DNA from: a virus
Reading direction: 5' to 3' (one strand)
IMG/VR virus record: IMGVR_UViG_3300045988_120282
Span: 70,940-134,939 of that record
DNA: 64,000 nucleotides
Every line of letters begins with the position of its first letter. Within the stretch, counting starts at the first letter, position 1. The notes beneath the pieces are model-generated. The model did not search any database, was not told the origin of the DNA, and saw only the letters and a program-made list of their open reading frames with translations. The position numbers were made by a program, and so were the translations under genes. Below are positions 55,177 through 64,000 of this stretch, piece after piece.

Positions 55177-56925
55177 GTGCCAGAAATTTTAAGAAATAGA
55201 GGGATTGATGATTATGAAACGTATTTGAACCTCGATGATAGCGTAATTCAAGATTATGCTGATTTAGAGGGTATCAAAAATGCAGTAAATACAACGATTT
55301 TTGCACTTGAAAATGGACATAAAATCGGTATTTTAATTGACGAGGACGTAGACGGATTTTGCTCGGCTTCGATGGCATATATGTACTTAAATCGCATTAA
55401 TAATGAACTTTATGATGGTAAGAGTAACATTTGTTACTTATTACATAAAAAAGCAAAAGCTCATGGATTAAGTGAAGATATTACTATACCTGAAGACGTG
55501 AAACTTCTAATAATTCCAGATGCAGGCACCAATGATGTAGCACAATGTACAGAACTTGTAAATCGTGGCGTACAGATTGTAATTCTTGATCACCATGAAA
55601 AAGAAGAATCTGAAATTAAAATGCCAGAGGAAGTTGTAATTGTAAATAACCAGTGCAGTCCACGCTATAAGAACAAAGACTTATGTGGGGCAGGCGTTGT
55701 TTATAGATTTTTGCAAGCAATGGATGACGAATTATGGATCAATTATGCTGATGATTATTTAGATTTATGTGCATTAGCGAATATCGGTGATGTCATGGAT
55801 ATGAGATCATTTGAGACACGTCGATTAGTGGATAAAGGGCTTCAGAATATTCAGAATAAATGCTTTAAAGCACTAATTCAGGCACAAGATTATTCAATGC
55901 ATAGTATTGTTAATATCCATAATGTTCAGTGGTATATCGTTCCAATTATCAATGGTATGGTACGATTTGGTTCTTTGAAAGATAAAGAATTAGTTTTTAG
56001 AGCATTTATTGAAGACTATGAGGTATTTGACTATAAGAAAAGAGCAACAAAAAACAACCCTGCGGAAGTAATCAAAGAGAATATTTACGATCGTGCCGCT
56101 CGATTATGCAAAAATGCTAAAGGCAAACAGGATCGTCAAAAGAAAAAGATGGTTCCGATTATTATGAAAGAGGCAGAAAAAGATAAAGATAGTAAGATTA
56201 CTATTCTTGATGTTACAGAAACATTAGATAGCAGTTTGACAGGATTGGTTGCTATTAAGATTGCTGAAGATATGAACAGACCATGTTTGTTATTACGAAA
56301 ACATATTAATCCAGAAACAGGATTAGTAGAAATGAGTGGTAGTGCAAGAAATGTAGACCATAGCCCGATTGATAGTTTGAAAGATGTGATATCCGAAACA
56401 AATTCATTTTTATGGGCAAAAGGTCACGCCAATGCATTTGGATGTTCGACAGATAATATCTCTGGAGCACTCACAGAATTAAACGACAAGCTGAAAGATA
56501 TTAAATATGATTCAACTTATAGAGTTGATTTCATTGTAGATGCTTGTAGATTAGATTTTGAACTACTACAGGAAATGTCTAAATTGGATGATATTCGCGG
56601 GCAGGGCATTGATGATCCGATGATTGCTGTCGAGAATATCACATTAAATAAGGAAGAAATTAATGTTGTTGGTAAGAAAATGGATACAATGCAATTCAAG
56701 ATTAATGATATTCCATGCGTGATGTTTAGATGTAATGAAAAAAATAAGATTTATGATTGGATTATGAATGATTTTTCTGACGAAGGCACAGTTACATTTG
56801 AATTAGTAGGAACTGCACAGACTAATATCTTTAACGGAATTAGACAATATCAAATTGCGGTTGATGATATTAATGTTCTGAGCATCACAACAGATGAAGA
56901 ATTAGACGAAGATATTTGGGATTGA
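55177..56925 (+). CDS. RecJ-like DHH-family ssDNA exonuclease
   Basis: IGILIDEDVDGFCS (DxD) and VILDHHEKE (DHH); start is GTG without RBS, while a strong RBS+ATG at 55160 opens a 10-codon ORF in another frame. Confidence 0.7.
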   Translation: MPEILRNRGIDDYETYLNLDDSVIQDYADLEGIKNAVNTTIFALENGHKIGILIDEDVDGFCSASMAYMYLNRINNELYDGKSNICYLLHKKAKAHGLSEDITIPEDVKLLIIPDAGTNDVAQCTELVNRGVQIVILDHHEKEESEIKMPEEVVIVNNQCSPRYKNKDLCGAGVVYRFLQAMDDELWINYADDYLDLCALANIGDVMDMRSFETRRLVDKGLQNIQNKCFKALIQAQDYSMHSIVNIHNVQWYIVPIINGMVRFGSLKDKELVFRAFIEDYEVFDYKKRATKNNPAEVIKENIYDRAARLCKNAKGKQDRQKKKMVPIIMKEAEKDKDSKITILDVTETLDSSLTGLVAIKIAEDMNRPCLLLRKHINPETGLVEMSGSARNVDHSPIDSLKDVISETNSFLWAKGHANAFGCSTDNISGALTELNDKLKDIKYDSTYRVDFIVDACRLDFELLQEMSKLDDIRGQGIDDPMIAVENITLNKEEINVVGKKMDTMQFKINDIPCVMFRCNEKNKIYDWIMNDFSDEGTVTFELVGTAQTNIFNGIRQYQIAVDDINVLSITTDEELDEDIWD

Positions 56926-56936
56926 GGTGAAAGTTA

Positions 56937-59900
56937 GTGAGCAGTTCATTACATACACATTCGCATTATTCATTGTTAGATGGATATGCATTACCTGAAG
57001 AAAACTTACAAAGAGCAGAAGAGATAGGACTAAAAGCCCTGGCTATCACAGAACATGGCAATGAGTATAGTTGGTGCTATTATGATAAGCTTCATGAGAA
57101 ATATCCAAGTGTTAAATTGATTTTTGGAGTTGAATTTTATGAATGCTTTGATATGACAGAACAGAATAAGGATAGCAAATATTTCCATTTAATTGTATTA
57201 GCAAAGAATGAGAATGGTAGAAAAGCAATTAATCAATTGGTAACTGATTCAAATTTTCATGGATTTTACTATAAGCCACGAATTGATCTGAATGCGTTGA
57301 AACCATATGCTAAGGATCTGGTTGTGAGTAGTGCTTGTTTAGCATCTAAACTTGCCAGAGAGCCAGATTATCAGAAATGTGTTAAATATGTTCGTGAATA
57401 CAAAGAGATTTTTCCACATTTTTATTTAGAAATGCAGTCACATTCACATCAGGATCAAATGGTATATAATCAGAAAATCTTACAGCTTTCAGTAGACACT
57501 AATACACCATACATTATCACAACTGATAGTCACGCTGCTAGAAAAGAAGATCTGTATTATCAGAACTGGCATGTAAAGCTTGCTCACGATACTGAAACCG
57601 CAGCAGAAATTTATGAAGGATGTTATTTACAATCTGACGATGAAATTCATGCAATTATGGATAACCAAATTGGAGAAGACGCAGTAACTAAAGGACTTGA
57701 AGAAACTGATAGGATTGCAGATTTAATTGATGAAATTCACATGCCATTTCAGGCACCTCAGTTACCATCTTTCCCATTACCAGAAGGATTTGAAGATAAT
57801 TATTCTTATTTAAAGTATCTGATTGATACAGGGTGGGTAAAACGAGGATTCGATAAATTACCAGAAGATGAGCAGAAACTCAGAAAAGAAAGAATTGATT
57901 ATGAGTTAGATATTATTCATTCAATGGGATTCGATGGATACTTCTTGATTGTTTGGGATTTTATCAATTTTGCAAGAGAAAATGGTATTCCAATTGGTGC
58001 TGGTCGAGGTAGTTGTGCAGGTAGTTTGGTGTGTTACACGATTACAATTACAGACTTAGATCCTATCAAATATGGACTGATTTTTGAAAGATTTTTAAAT
58101 CCAGAACGAATTTCAATGCCAGATACAGATACAGATGTTGGTACACGAGATGAGATTATCCAATATTTGATCGATAAGTATGGCGAAAACAGAGTATGCC
58201 AGATTATCAATTTCAGTTTTATTACTCCAATTGTGGCAATCAAAGATGTTGGCAAGGTTTTAGGGTTCAATTATCACGAGATGGACAAACTAAGTAAAAA
58301 ATTTGTATATGACACGATTGAAGAATCTTTATGGAATAACAGAGATTTAGCAGAGAATCCAAGATATGAAGAGCTTTTTGACGTTGCATCTCATCTTGCA
58401 GGTAGAGTAAAAACAGTATCTTCTCATGCAGGTGGTGTTGGAATTGTAGATACAGATATTAGCGATTATATGGCAATGAAACTTGGAACTGATGGAGAAC
58501 ACGTCATCCAAGTAGATAAACGTATCGTTGAAGAGATTGGGATTATTAAATTTGATATTTTGGGTGTTGCTACATTGAACACTGTAAAAGAAGCCGAAAT
58601 TGACGCAGGGTTAACTGAGTTTGATGTAAATATTAACAATCCAAAGTTTGAAATGGATAAAGGATCATATGAATTATTGCGTAGTGCAATGACGAATGGT
58701 GTTTTCCAGGTCGAAAGTGCTGGTATGAAGGATTTGCTGGTTAGGTTACAAGTCTCAAACATGGAAGAGTTGGCAGCTGTATTAGCACTGTATAGACCAG
58801 ATGCAATGGATGTTTTAGAAGAATTCATTGAGTATAAACATCATCCAGAGAAAATTGCATATATCCATCCAGATATGGAGCCAATCTTAAAGGAAACGTA
58901 TGGATGTATGATTTATCAGGAGCAATTACTTGATATTGTTCGTAAATTTGGTGGTCGAAGTTATGGAGGAGCTGACTTATTCCGTAAGGCGATTGGTAAG
59001 AAGAATATTGAACTTGTAAAGTCTGAATCTAAAAAGCTTTATTACGAGATTATTGAGAATGGATACCCCGAAGAAATTGCAAAACAGATTAGCGAGACAT
59101 TATCCCAAAAAGGGGGATACTTATTCAACAAAAGTCATGCGTACTCCTACGCTGTATTATGCTTACAAACAGCGTTTTTAAAGAAACATTATGCGTTGTG
59201 TTTTTTTAAGGCATTATTGAATCGCAATAAAGATAAGGCAGGAATGGTAAATAAATATATTCTTGATGCTAAGGCGTTTAAGATTCAAGTGTTACCACCA
59301 AACTTAAACAAATCAATGATGAATTTCAGTATTGACGATGTGTATATATTGTTTGGATTATCGGCTATCAGTGGCATTGGAGAAAAAATTGCAAAGGTAA
59401 TTCTTGAAGACCGTGATAAAAATGGTAAATTCATAGGATTTGAAAACTTTTGCGAACGTATTAATCCAAGTAAATCACAGGTTATTCAGTTGATCAAAGC
59501 AGGTGCAATTCCAACAAAGAATAAGCGTAAAACTTTAATTCAGTATTTGAAATCTATGTATCAGCCAACAACATTCAAGCCAGTTGCAAAAGCACCGAGT
59601 TACAAACAATTACTTATTAAATGGGATATTGACGCTGAAGATTACCGTATAGGTGAGAAGAAATATGATTACGACAAAGATGCAATATTGAAAGTTTATA
59701 ACGATAAAAAGTATGAATTGTACAAAGATAAGGAAAAAGAACGATTTCAGAAATTTATCGCACAGAATCAAAAATATCTTGAGAATGAAGATTTTTGGGA
59801 ATTTGAAGCATTGCAAATCTTTATCAACGATAACCCATTTGATCAGGCATACAAGTATATGTCAAAACAATTTCAAGATGTTGAAAATGGAGATGATTGT

Positions 59901-60170
59901 ACTGTGGTTGCAGTGATCGCTAAAGTTGATAAAAAGAAAGACAAAAATAAAAAGACATTTGCGTATGTGAATTTATATTCTAGTTTTGGATTGACTGAGG
60001 CAATCGTCTGGCATTCGCAATTAAAAGAATATGAAGATATGATTACCAAAGGAAATCAGATTGCGATGTTATGCAGAAAAGATTCAGAAGAGAAGGTTAT
60101 CGCAAAGAAAATTAAACCATATAAACAATGGCTAGAAGATATTAAGAAAGTGAAGGGGGTTGTCGCCTAA
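56937..60170 (+). CDS. dnaE: DNA polymerase III alpha subunit (DnaE-type)
   Basis: PHP N-terminus LHTHSHYSLLDGYALPEE; length and collinear Pol III alpha architecture. Confidence 0.9.
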   Translation: MSSSLHTHSHYSLLDGYALPEENLQRAEEIGLKALAITEHGNEYSWCYYDKLHEKYPSVKLIFGVEFYECFDMTEQNKDSKYFHLIVLAKNENGRKAINQLVTDSNFHGFYYKPRIDLNALKPYAKDLVVSSACLASKLAREPDYQKCVKYVREYKEIFPHFYLEMQSHSHQDQMVYNQKILQLSVDTNTPYIITTDSHAARKEDLYYQNWHVKLAHDTETAAEIYEGCYLQSDDEIHAIMDNQIGEDAVTKGLEETDRIADLIDEIHMPFQAPQLPSFPLPEGFEDNYSYLKYLIDTGWVKRGFDKLPEDEQKLRKERIDYELDIIHSMGFDGYFLIVWDFINFARENGIPIGAGRGSCAGSLVCYTITITDLDPIKYGLIFERFLNPERISMPDTDTDVGTRDEIIQYLIDKYGENRVCQIINFSFITPIVAIKDVGKVLGFNYHEMDKLSKKFVYDTIEESLWNNRDLAENPRYEELFDVASHLAGRVKTVSSHAGGVGIVDTDISDYMAMKLGTDGEHVIQVDKRIVEEIGIIKFDILGVATLNTVKEAEIDAGLTEFDVNINNPKFEMDKGSYELLRSAMTNGVFQVESAGMKDLLVRLQVSNMEELAAVLALYRPDAMDVLEEFIEYKHHPEKIAYIHPDMEPILKETYGCMIYQEQLLDIVRKFGGRSYGGADLFRKAIGKKNIELVKSESKKLYYEIIENGYPEEIAKQISETLSQKGGYLFNKSHAYSYAVLCLQTAFLKKHYALCFFKALLNRNKDKAGMVNKYILDAKAFKIQVLPPNLNKSMMNFSIDDVYILFGLSAISGIGEKIAKVILEDRDKNGKFIGFENFCERINPSKSQVIQLIKAGAIPTKNKRKTLIQYLKSMYQPTTFKPVAKAPSYKQLLIKWDIDAEDYRIGEKKYDYDKDAILKVYNDKKYELYKDKEKERFQKFIAQNQKYLENEDFWEFEALQIFINDNPFDQAYKYMSKQFQDVENGDDCTVVAVIAKVDKKKDKNKKTFAYVNLYSSFGLTEAIVWHSQLKEYEDMITKGNQIAMLCRKDSEEKVIAKKIKPYKQWLEDIKKVKGVVA

Positions 60171-62433
60171 AGTGGTGGATAGTACAAAAGAATATGAGTT
60201 TGAGATTGTCCCATTATATCAGATTTATTATAATGAAGAATCTTTATTTGGGATTTACACATTCTGTACAGCAGAAGATTTACCAGAATGTAAACCATAT
60301 AATAATAATGATTTTGATGACTTATCCGATAAAAAAATGAATAAATGTGGCAAATTGGTTGGTAATATGCAGGAGTTGTATTTAGGAACGAAATATAAGG
60401 TTAAAGCCAATATGACATATTCTAAGAAATACAATGAATACCAATATAAACCACTTTCTATAGTTGCTGAAGTTCCTAAAACTTTTGAAGCACAAAAGGT
60501 ATTTTTAAAAACACAGACGAACGCAGTGATCGCAGATCAGTTAATTGCGAAATATCCTAATGTTGTTGAAGATGTAATGAATGGTCAGTTAGAGATGATT
60601 GACCATTCAGAAATCAAAGGACTAGGAGATAAAACTTGGAAGAAGCTTAGAGATAAAATTATTAAAAACTATGTGATTTCTGATATTGTTGTAATGTTGC
60701 AACCATATGGGGTTACGTTACCAACGATTGAAAGATTATTGAAATCCGAACCTAATCCAAGTGTTTTAAAAAAACAGATTGAACAAAATCCATATATACT
60801 AACTAGGGTAAAGGGCATGGGCTTTAAACGAGTTGATGATATTGCGCTCAAATTAAAACCAGAATTGCGATGCTCAAATCAACGGTTAAACGCATTTATT
60901 TCTTACGACTTGCATCAAGTTGGTGATAATGATGGACATACATATGTGTATATCAAAAATTTAAGAAGCAATATTAGTAATGCAGCGTCTGAATGCTTAC
61001 CTATATTTGACGAATGGTTTGATGAAGAATCAGATAAAAAATTACCAAATTATTTATATACATCTGGAGATAAAATTGGTCTGAAATCGTATTATAAAAT
61101 TGAAATGGATATTTACGAATTTATTAAAGATATGGAGAAATATTCATTTGGAAATACAACAGATTACGAACCAATAACAGATAGTGAGATTAGTCAGACG
61201 ATTTCTGAAGTTGAAGATGAAGAAGGGTTTATGTTTTCAGAAGAACAAATTACAGGAGTTAACAAAGCATTAAATTGCCAAGTTGTGTTTATTTCTGGAG
61301 AAGCTGGAACTGGTAAAACAACAATTCTGAAACCAATTATTAAATGCTACCAAAAAAGAAATAATAGCATTGTTGCGTGTGCTTTATCTGCAAAAGCAGC
61401 CCAAAGAATTAAAGAAGCAACAGGCTTAGACTCACGGACTATTCATAGGTTACTTGTAGCAGAAGGTATTGATAGTTTTTGTTATAACCAAGATAACCCA
61501 TTACCTGCTGATGTAGTAATCATGGATGAAAGTAGCATGACAAATGCGAGCCTTTTCTATAATTTTTTATTGGCAATTCGACCAGGAACACGATTAATTT
61601 TTTGTGGTGACTATATGCAGTTGCCACCGATTGGATTTGGTAATATTTTCTCGGATCTGTTGAAAAAGAAAGGTTTAAATAGTGTACAGCTTACCAAACC
61701 GATGAGACAAGCAGAAAAATCTGGTATTTTAACGGATGCAAGAAAGATTCGCAGAGGGATTAATCCATTGGATAGCCCACAATTAAAAATTGTTCATGGT
61801 GAACTAAATGATATGTTTTATTTGTTCAGGAAGAATAGAGAATCATTGTTCAATATGGCAGTAAAGCAGTATATCAAATCTGTCAAAGAGGAAGGGCTTG
61901 ACAATGTTGTGATTATTTCTCCACGAAGAAGTAATTGTACGAACAGCACAGATGAATTGAACAAAGCAGTACAGAAAGAATTATTTGCTAGTAGTAACAA
62001 ACCATTTGTTGAATTCAAAGATCGTAAATACTATTTAGGAGATAAGGTATTACAGACTTCAAATGATTACGAGCGAGATGTATTCAATGGTGATATTGGA
62101 TACATTACAGAGATTGACAAAGAAAAAGAAATATGTTTGGTGTCTATGAATGCAAATATTGAAGAAAAGCTGATTGAATATTCTTTCGCTCAGTTAGGAC
62201 AACTGCAATTAGCATATGCATTAACCACGCATAAACTTCAAGGATCAGCTGCGCAAACTGTGATCGGTATTATTGACAATACACATTACAAATTGCTTGA
62301 TAACTGTATGTTATATACAATGTTGACACGAGCTAAGAAAAGATTTGCACTCCTTGCAGAGCCAGAAGCGTTTAAGAGATGTATTATGACAAATCATAAT
62401 AAGAGGCGCACTTGGTTAAGCCTAAAAAATTAA
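60160..62433 (+). CDS. RecD-like (SF1) DNA helicase
   Basis: Walker A VFISGEAGTGKTT, Walker B VVIMDESSM, motif VI YALTTHKLQGSAAQ; start uncertain (TTG 60160 or GTG 60172). Confidence 0.8.
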   Translation: MSPKVVDSTKEYEFEIVPLYQIYYNEESLFGIYTFCTAEDLPECKPYNNNDFDDLSDKKMNKCGKLVGNMQELYLGTKYKVKANMTYSKKYNEYQYKPLSIVAEVPKTFEAQKVFLKTQTNAVIADQLIAKYPNVVEDVMNGQLEMIDHSEIKGLGDKTWKKLRDKIIKNYVISDIVVMLQPYGVTLPTIERLLKSEPNPSVLKKQIEQNPYILTRVKGMGFKRVDDIALKLKPELRCSNQRLNAFISYDLHQVGDNDGHTYVYIKNLRSNISNAASECLPIFDEWFDEESDKKLPNYLYTSGDKIGLKSYYKIEMDIYEFIKDMEKYSFGNTTDYEPITDSEISQTISEVEDEEGFMFSEEQITGVNKALNCQVVFISGEAGTGKTTILKPIIKCYQKRNNSIVACALSAKAAQRIKEATGLDSRTIHRLLVAEGIDSFCYNQDNPLPADVVIMDESSMTNASLFYNFLLAIRPGTRLIFCGDYMQLPPIGFGNIFSDLLKKKGLNSVQLTKPMRQAEKSGILTDARKIRRGINPLDSPQLKIVHGELNDMFYLFRKNRESLFNMAVKQYIKSVKEEGLDNVVIISPRRSNCTNSTDELNKAVQKELFASSNKPFVEFKDRKYYLGDKVLQTSNDYERDVFNGDIGYITEIDKEKEICLVSMNANIEEKLIEYSFAQLGQLQLAYALTTHKLQGSAAQTVIGIIDNTHYKLLDNCMLYTMLTRAKKRFALLAEPEAFKRCIMTNHNKRRTWLSLKN

Positions 62434-62442
62434 CTTTATTCT

Positions 62443-62480
62443 TTGCACCTATTGACAGGGTGCAAGAAGTATGATAAGAT
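62443..62480 (+). promoter_or_regulatory. promoter/operator copy 2: TTGCACC-TATTGACAG-GGTGCAA ... TGaTAAGAT
   Basis: Near-identical to 19960-20000 over ~55 nt; -35 TTGACA 62452-62457. Confidence 0.55.
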
Positions 62481-62510
62481 ACCAATATGCTAAGGAAAGG
62501 AAATGTGAAA

Positions 62511-63149
62511 ATGAGAAAAAGATTTTTAATGAAAGTTGTCTCGTTTAGTTTTTTAGCAATGTGTTCGGGCTTTATGACTCACACGGTTAAAGCAGAGGAG
62601 CGACCCTCGGTAGAGGCTTCAACCTTATCAACAGAGACAACTGTTGCAGAAAATAAGCAAGGCAATGTGATTTCAGACAATCCAATCAGCCAAAGCGTTG
62701 CATTAAAAGATGTTCATGAGCATTATCAGAAATGTAAGAAAGCTGATGAAGAGCAAGCAAGACAGATTCGATTAGAAAAACTTCGAAAGAAACGATTGCG
62801 AATTAAACGACAGCGGCTGAAGCGAAAGCGAGAACTTGAAAAGAGTTCACTTGGAACATTTTTGATCACGGCATATTGTCCATGTTATGAATGTTCTGAA
62901 GGATATGGATCTAAGATTGCTTGGAATCATGCAGGGCATAAATTTGCTCGACCATATCATACGATTGCGGTTGATAAAAACATTATCCCTTATGGAACAA
63001 GAGTTAAGATTGAGGGATACGGTGACACAATCTTTGTGGCAGAAGATTGCGGAGGCAAAGTAAAAGGAATGCATGTAGACGTGTTCAAATCAACACATTC
63101 CGAAACAATAAATGTGCAACAGCACAGAAAAATATATGTAGTGAAGTAA
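62511..63149 (+). CDS. secreted 3D-domain (MltA/YuiC-like) cell-wall-binding/hydrolase protein
   Basis: Signal peptide MRKRFLMKVVSFSFLAMCSGFMTHTVKA; C-terminal ITAYCPCYECSEGYG...IAVDKNIIPYGTRVKIEGYGDTIFVAEDCGGKVKGMHVDVF is the 3D-domain signature. Confidence 0.7.
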   Translation: MRKRFLMKVVSFSFLAMCSGFMTHTVKAEERPSVEASTLSTETTVAENKQGNVISDNPISQSVALKDVHEHYQKCKKADEEQARQIRLEKLRKKRLRIKRQRLKRKRELEKSSLGTFLITAYCPCYECSEGYGSKIAWNHAGHKFARPYHTIAVDKNIIPYGTRVKIEGYGDTIFVAEDCGGKVKGMHVDVFKSTHSETINVQQHRKIYVVK

Positions 63150-63233
63150 TTGGCAGTTACTGAAAGACATAGAAAACACAAATTAAAATAATTAACTAAA
63201 CAATATAAACAAGAAAAGGAAAATCCAAAAATT

Positions 63234-64000
63234 ATGAAAACTGAATATGTGAAAGAAATGAATGTCTTGATCGACAGAATCAATGATGCTTCATATGCGT
63301 ACTACGCAGAGGATAATCCGCTCATTTCAGATAAAGAATTTGACGATTTATGCGCTGCTTTAGAACGACTTGAGAGAGATTCTGGCGTTGTTTTGAATAA
63401 TTCACCCATCCACCACGTTCAAGGATTTATAATTGATTCTTTGGCTAAAGTAAAGCATACACGCCCAATGTTATCAGCTCAGAAGACGAAGGATGTCAAT
63501 GAGGTCAAAAAATTTCTTGCGGATAAAATTGGTGTTTTATCGTGGAAGGAAGACGGTCTCAGTATTGTTCTCAGATACGAAAACGGACGCTTAAAACAAG
63601 CAATTACAAGGGGAAATGGCGAAATCGGTGAGGATGTCACTCACACGATGAAAATGGTACGGAATGTTCCACAGTCAATCCCTGAAAAGCGTTATCTTGA
63701 AATTCGTGGTGAAGCAGTTATTGGATATGATGATTTTGCTAAGATTAATGAAAAATTACATGGCAAATACAAAAATGCAAGAAATTTAGCAGCAGGTACT
63801 GTTAGACAGTTAGACTCCAATGTGGCAAAAGAAAGGAAGTTGGCTTACAAAGTATTTGAATTAGTCAAACTTGGAGACACACCTGAATCAGAAATGCCAA
63901 GCATTGCAGATAGTTTTAAATATCTTGCAGAACAAGGGTTTGACGTAGTAGAGCATCAGGTCGTTAACCGAGATAATGTTGAAGAGTATATGGCAACATT
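63234..64000 (+). CDS. ligA: NAD+-dependent DNA ligase, 3'-truncated by window end
   Basis: Adenylation motif LSWKEDGLSI (KxDG) and ITRGNGEIGEDVT; N-terminal Ia-like segment SYAYYAEDNPLISDKEFD. Confidence 0.8.
   Translation, partial: MKTEYVKEMNVLIDRINDASYAYYAEDNPLISDKEFDDLCAALERLERDSGVVLNNSPIHHVQGFIIDSLAKVKHTRPMLSAQKTKDVNEVKKFLADKIGVLSWKEDGLSIVLRYENGRLKQAITRGNGEIGEDVTHTMKMVRNVPQSIPEKRYLEIRGEAVIGYDDFAKINEKLHGKYKNARNLAAGTVRQLDSNVAKERKLAYKVFELVKLGDTPESEMPSIADSFKYLAEQGFDVVEHQVVNRDNVEEYMAT

Noticed and set aside
55160-55192. Programmed -1 frameshift joining the RBS-bearing ATG at 55160 to the RecJ-like frame
   Set aside because: There is no X-XXY-YYZ slippery heptamer at the overlap. A GTG start or a sequencing error is more parsimonious.
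1-64000. CRISPR arrays, rRNA genes, IS elements/transposases
   Set aside because: No regularly spaced direct repeats, no rRNA-like conserved blocks and no transposase-like ORFs were seen.

Overview
This window reads as part of a large, low-GC (Firmicutes-type, Bacillus/Clostridia-like) tailed-phage or prophage genome, covering its early, accessory and replication regions. More than 100 tightly packed genes lie on the + strand; a single - strand gene encodes an XRE repressor. No virion or lysis module is visible.

- **Early region (1-8100):** dozens of small, often acidic or Cys-rich proteins share an unusual ribosome-binding-site/start context (AGGTGGAAATTATG).
- **Antirepressor pair:** an ORF6N/KilAC-like and a Bro-N protein.
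- **Other regulatory genes:** a DnaD-like replisome organizer, a bona fide tyrosine recombinase, a metallophosphoesterase and a MazF/PemK-fold protein.
- **NAD+ gene cluster (27184-30885):** PncA-like nicotinamidase, Prs-like pyrophosphokinase, NAMPT-family enzyme and NadE. I read this as a phage NAD+ reconstitution (NARP1-like, anti-defence) module, possibly a variant; the window also ends in an NAD-dependent LigA.
- **Membrane module:** a phage-encoded FloT flotillin homolog plus a PspA/IM30-like protein.
- **tRNA:** a tRNA gene interrupted by a ~67-nt AT-rich insertion.
- **Repressor and operator:** the divergent XRE repressor sits next to a promoter/operator cassette that recurs at three places in the window.
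- **Moron block:** a C39-like peptidase, a lipoprotein, tandem paralogs, a HicB-like protein and a J-domain protein.
- **Nucleotide-enzyme genes:** a PolA-head nucleotidyltransferase, a DHH/DHHA1 NrnA-like phosphoesterase, a nucleotidyltransferase followed by a HigA-like HTH, and an Rcl-like protein.
- **Sigma factors:** two paralogous sigma-70-family factors.
- **Replication module:** SSB-like protein, Sak4-like ATPase, DnaB-like helicase, DnaG-like primase, RecJ-like DHH exonuclease, DnaE-type Pol III alpha and a RecD-like helicase.

All annotations rest on motif recognition by eye. Nothing was searched against a database.
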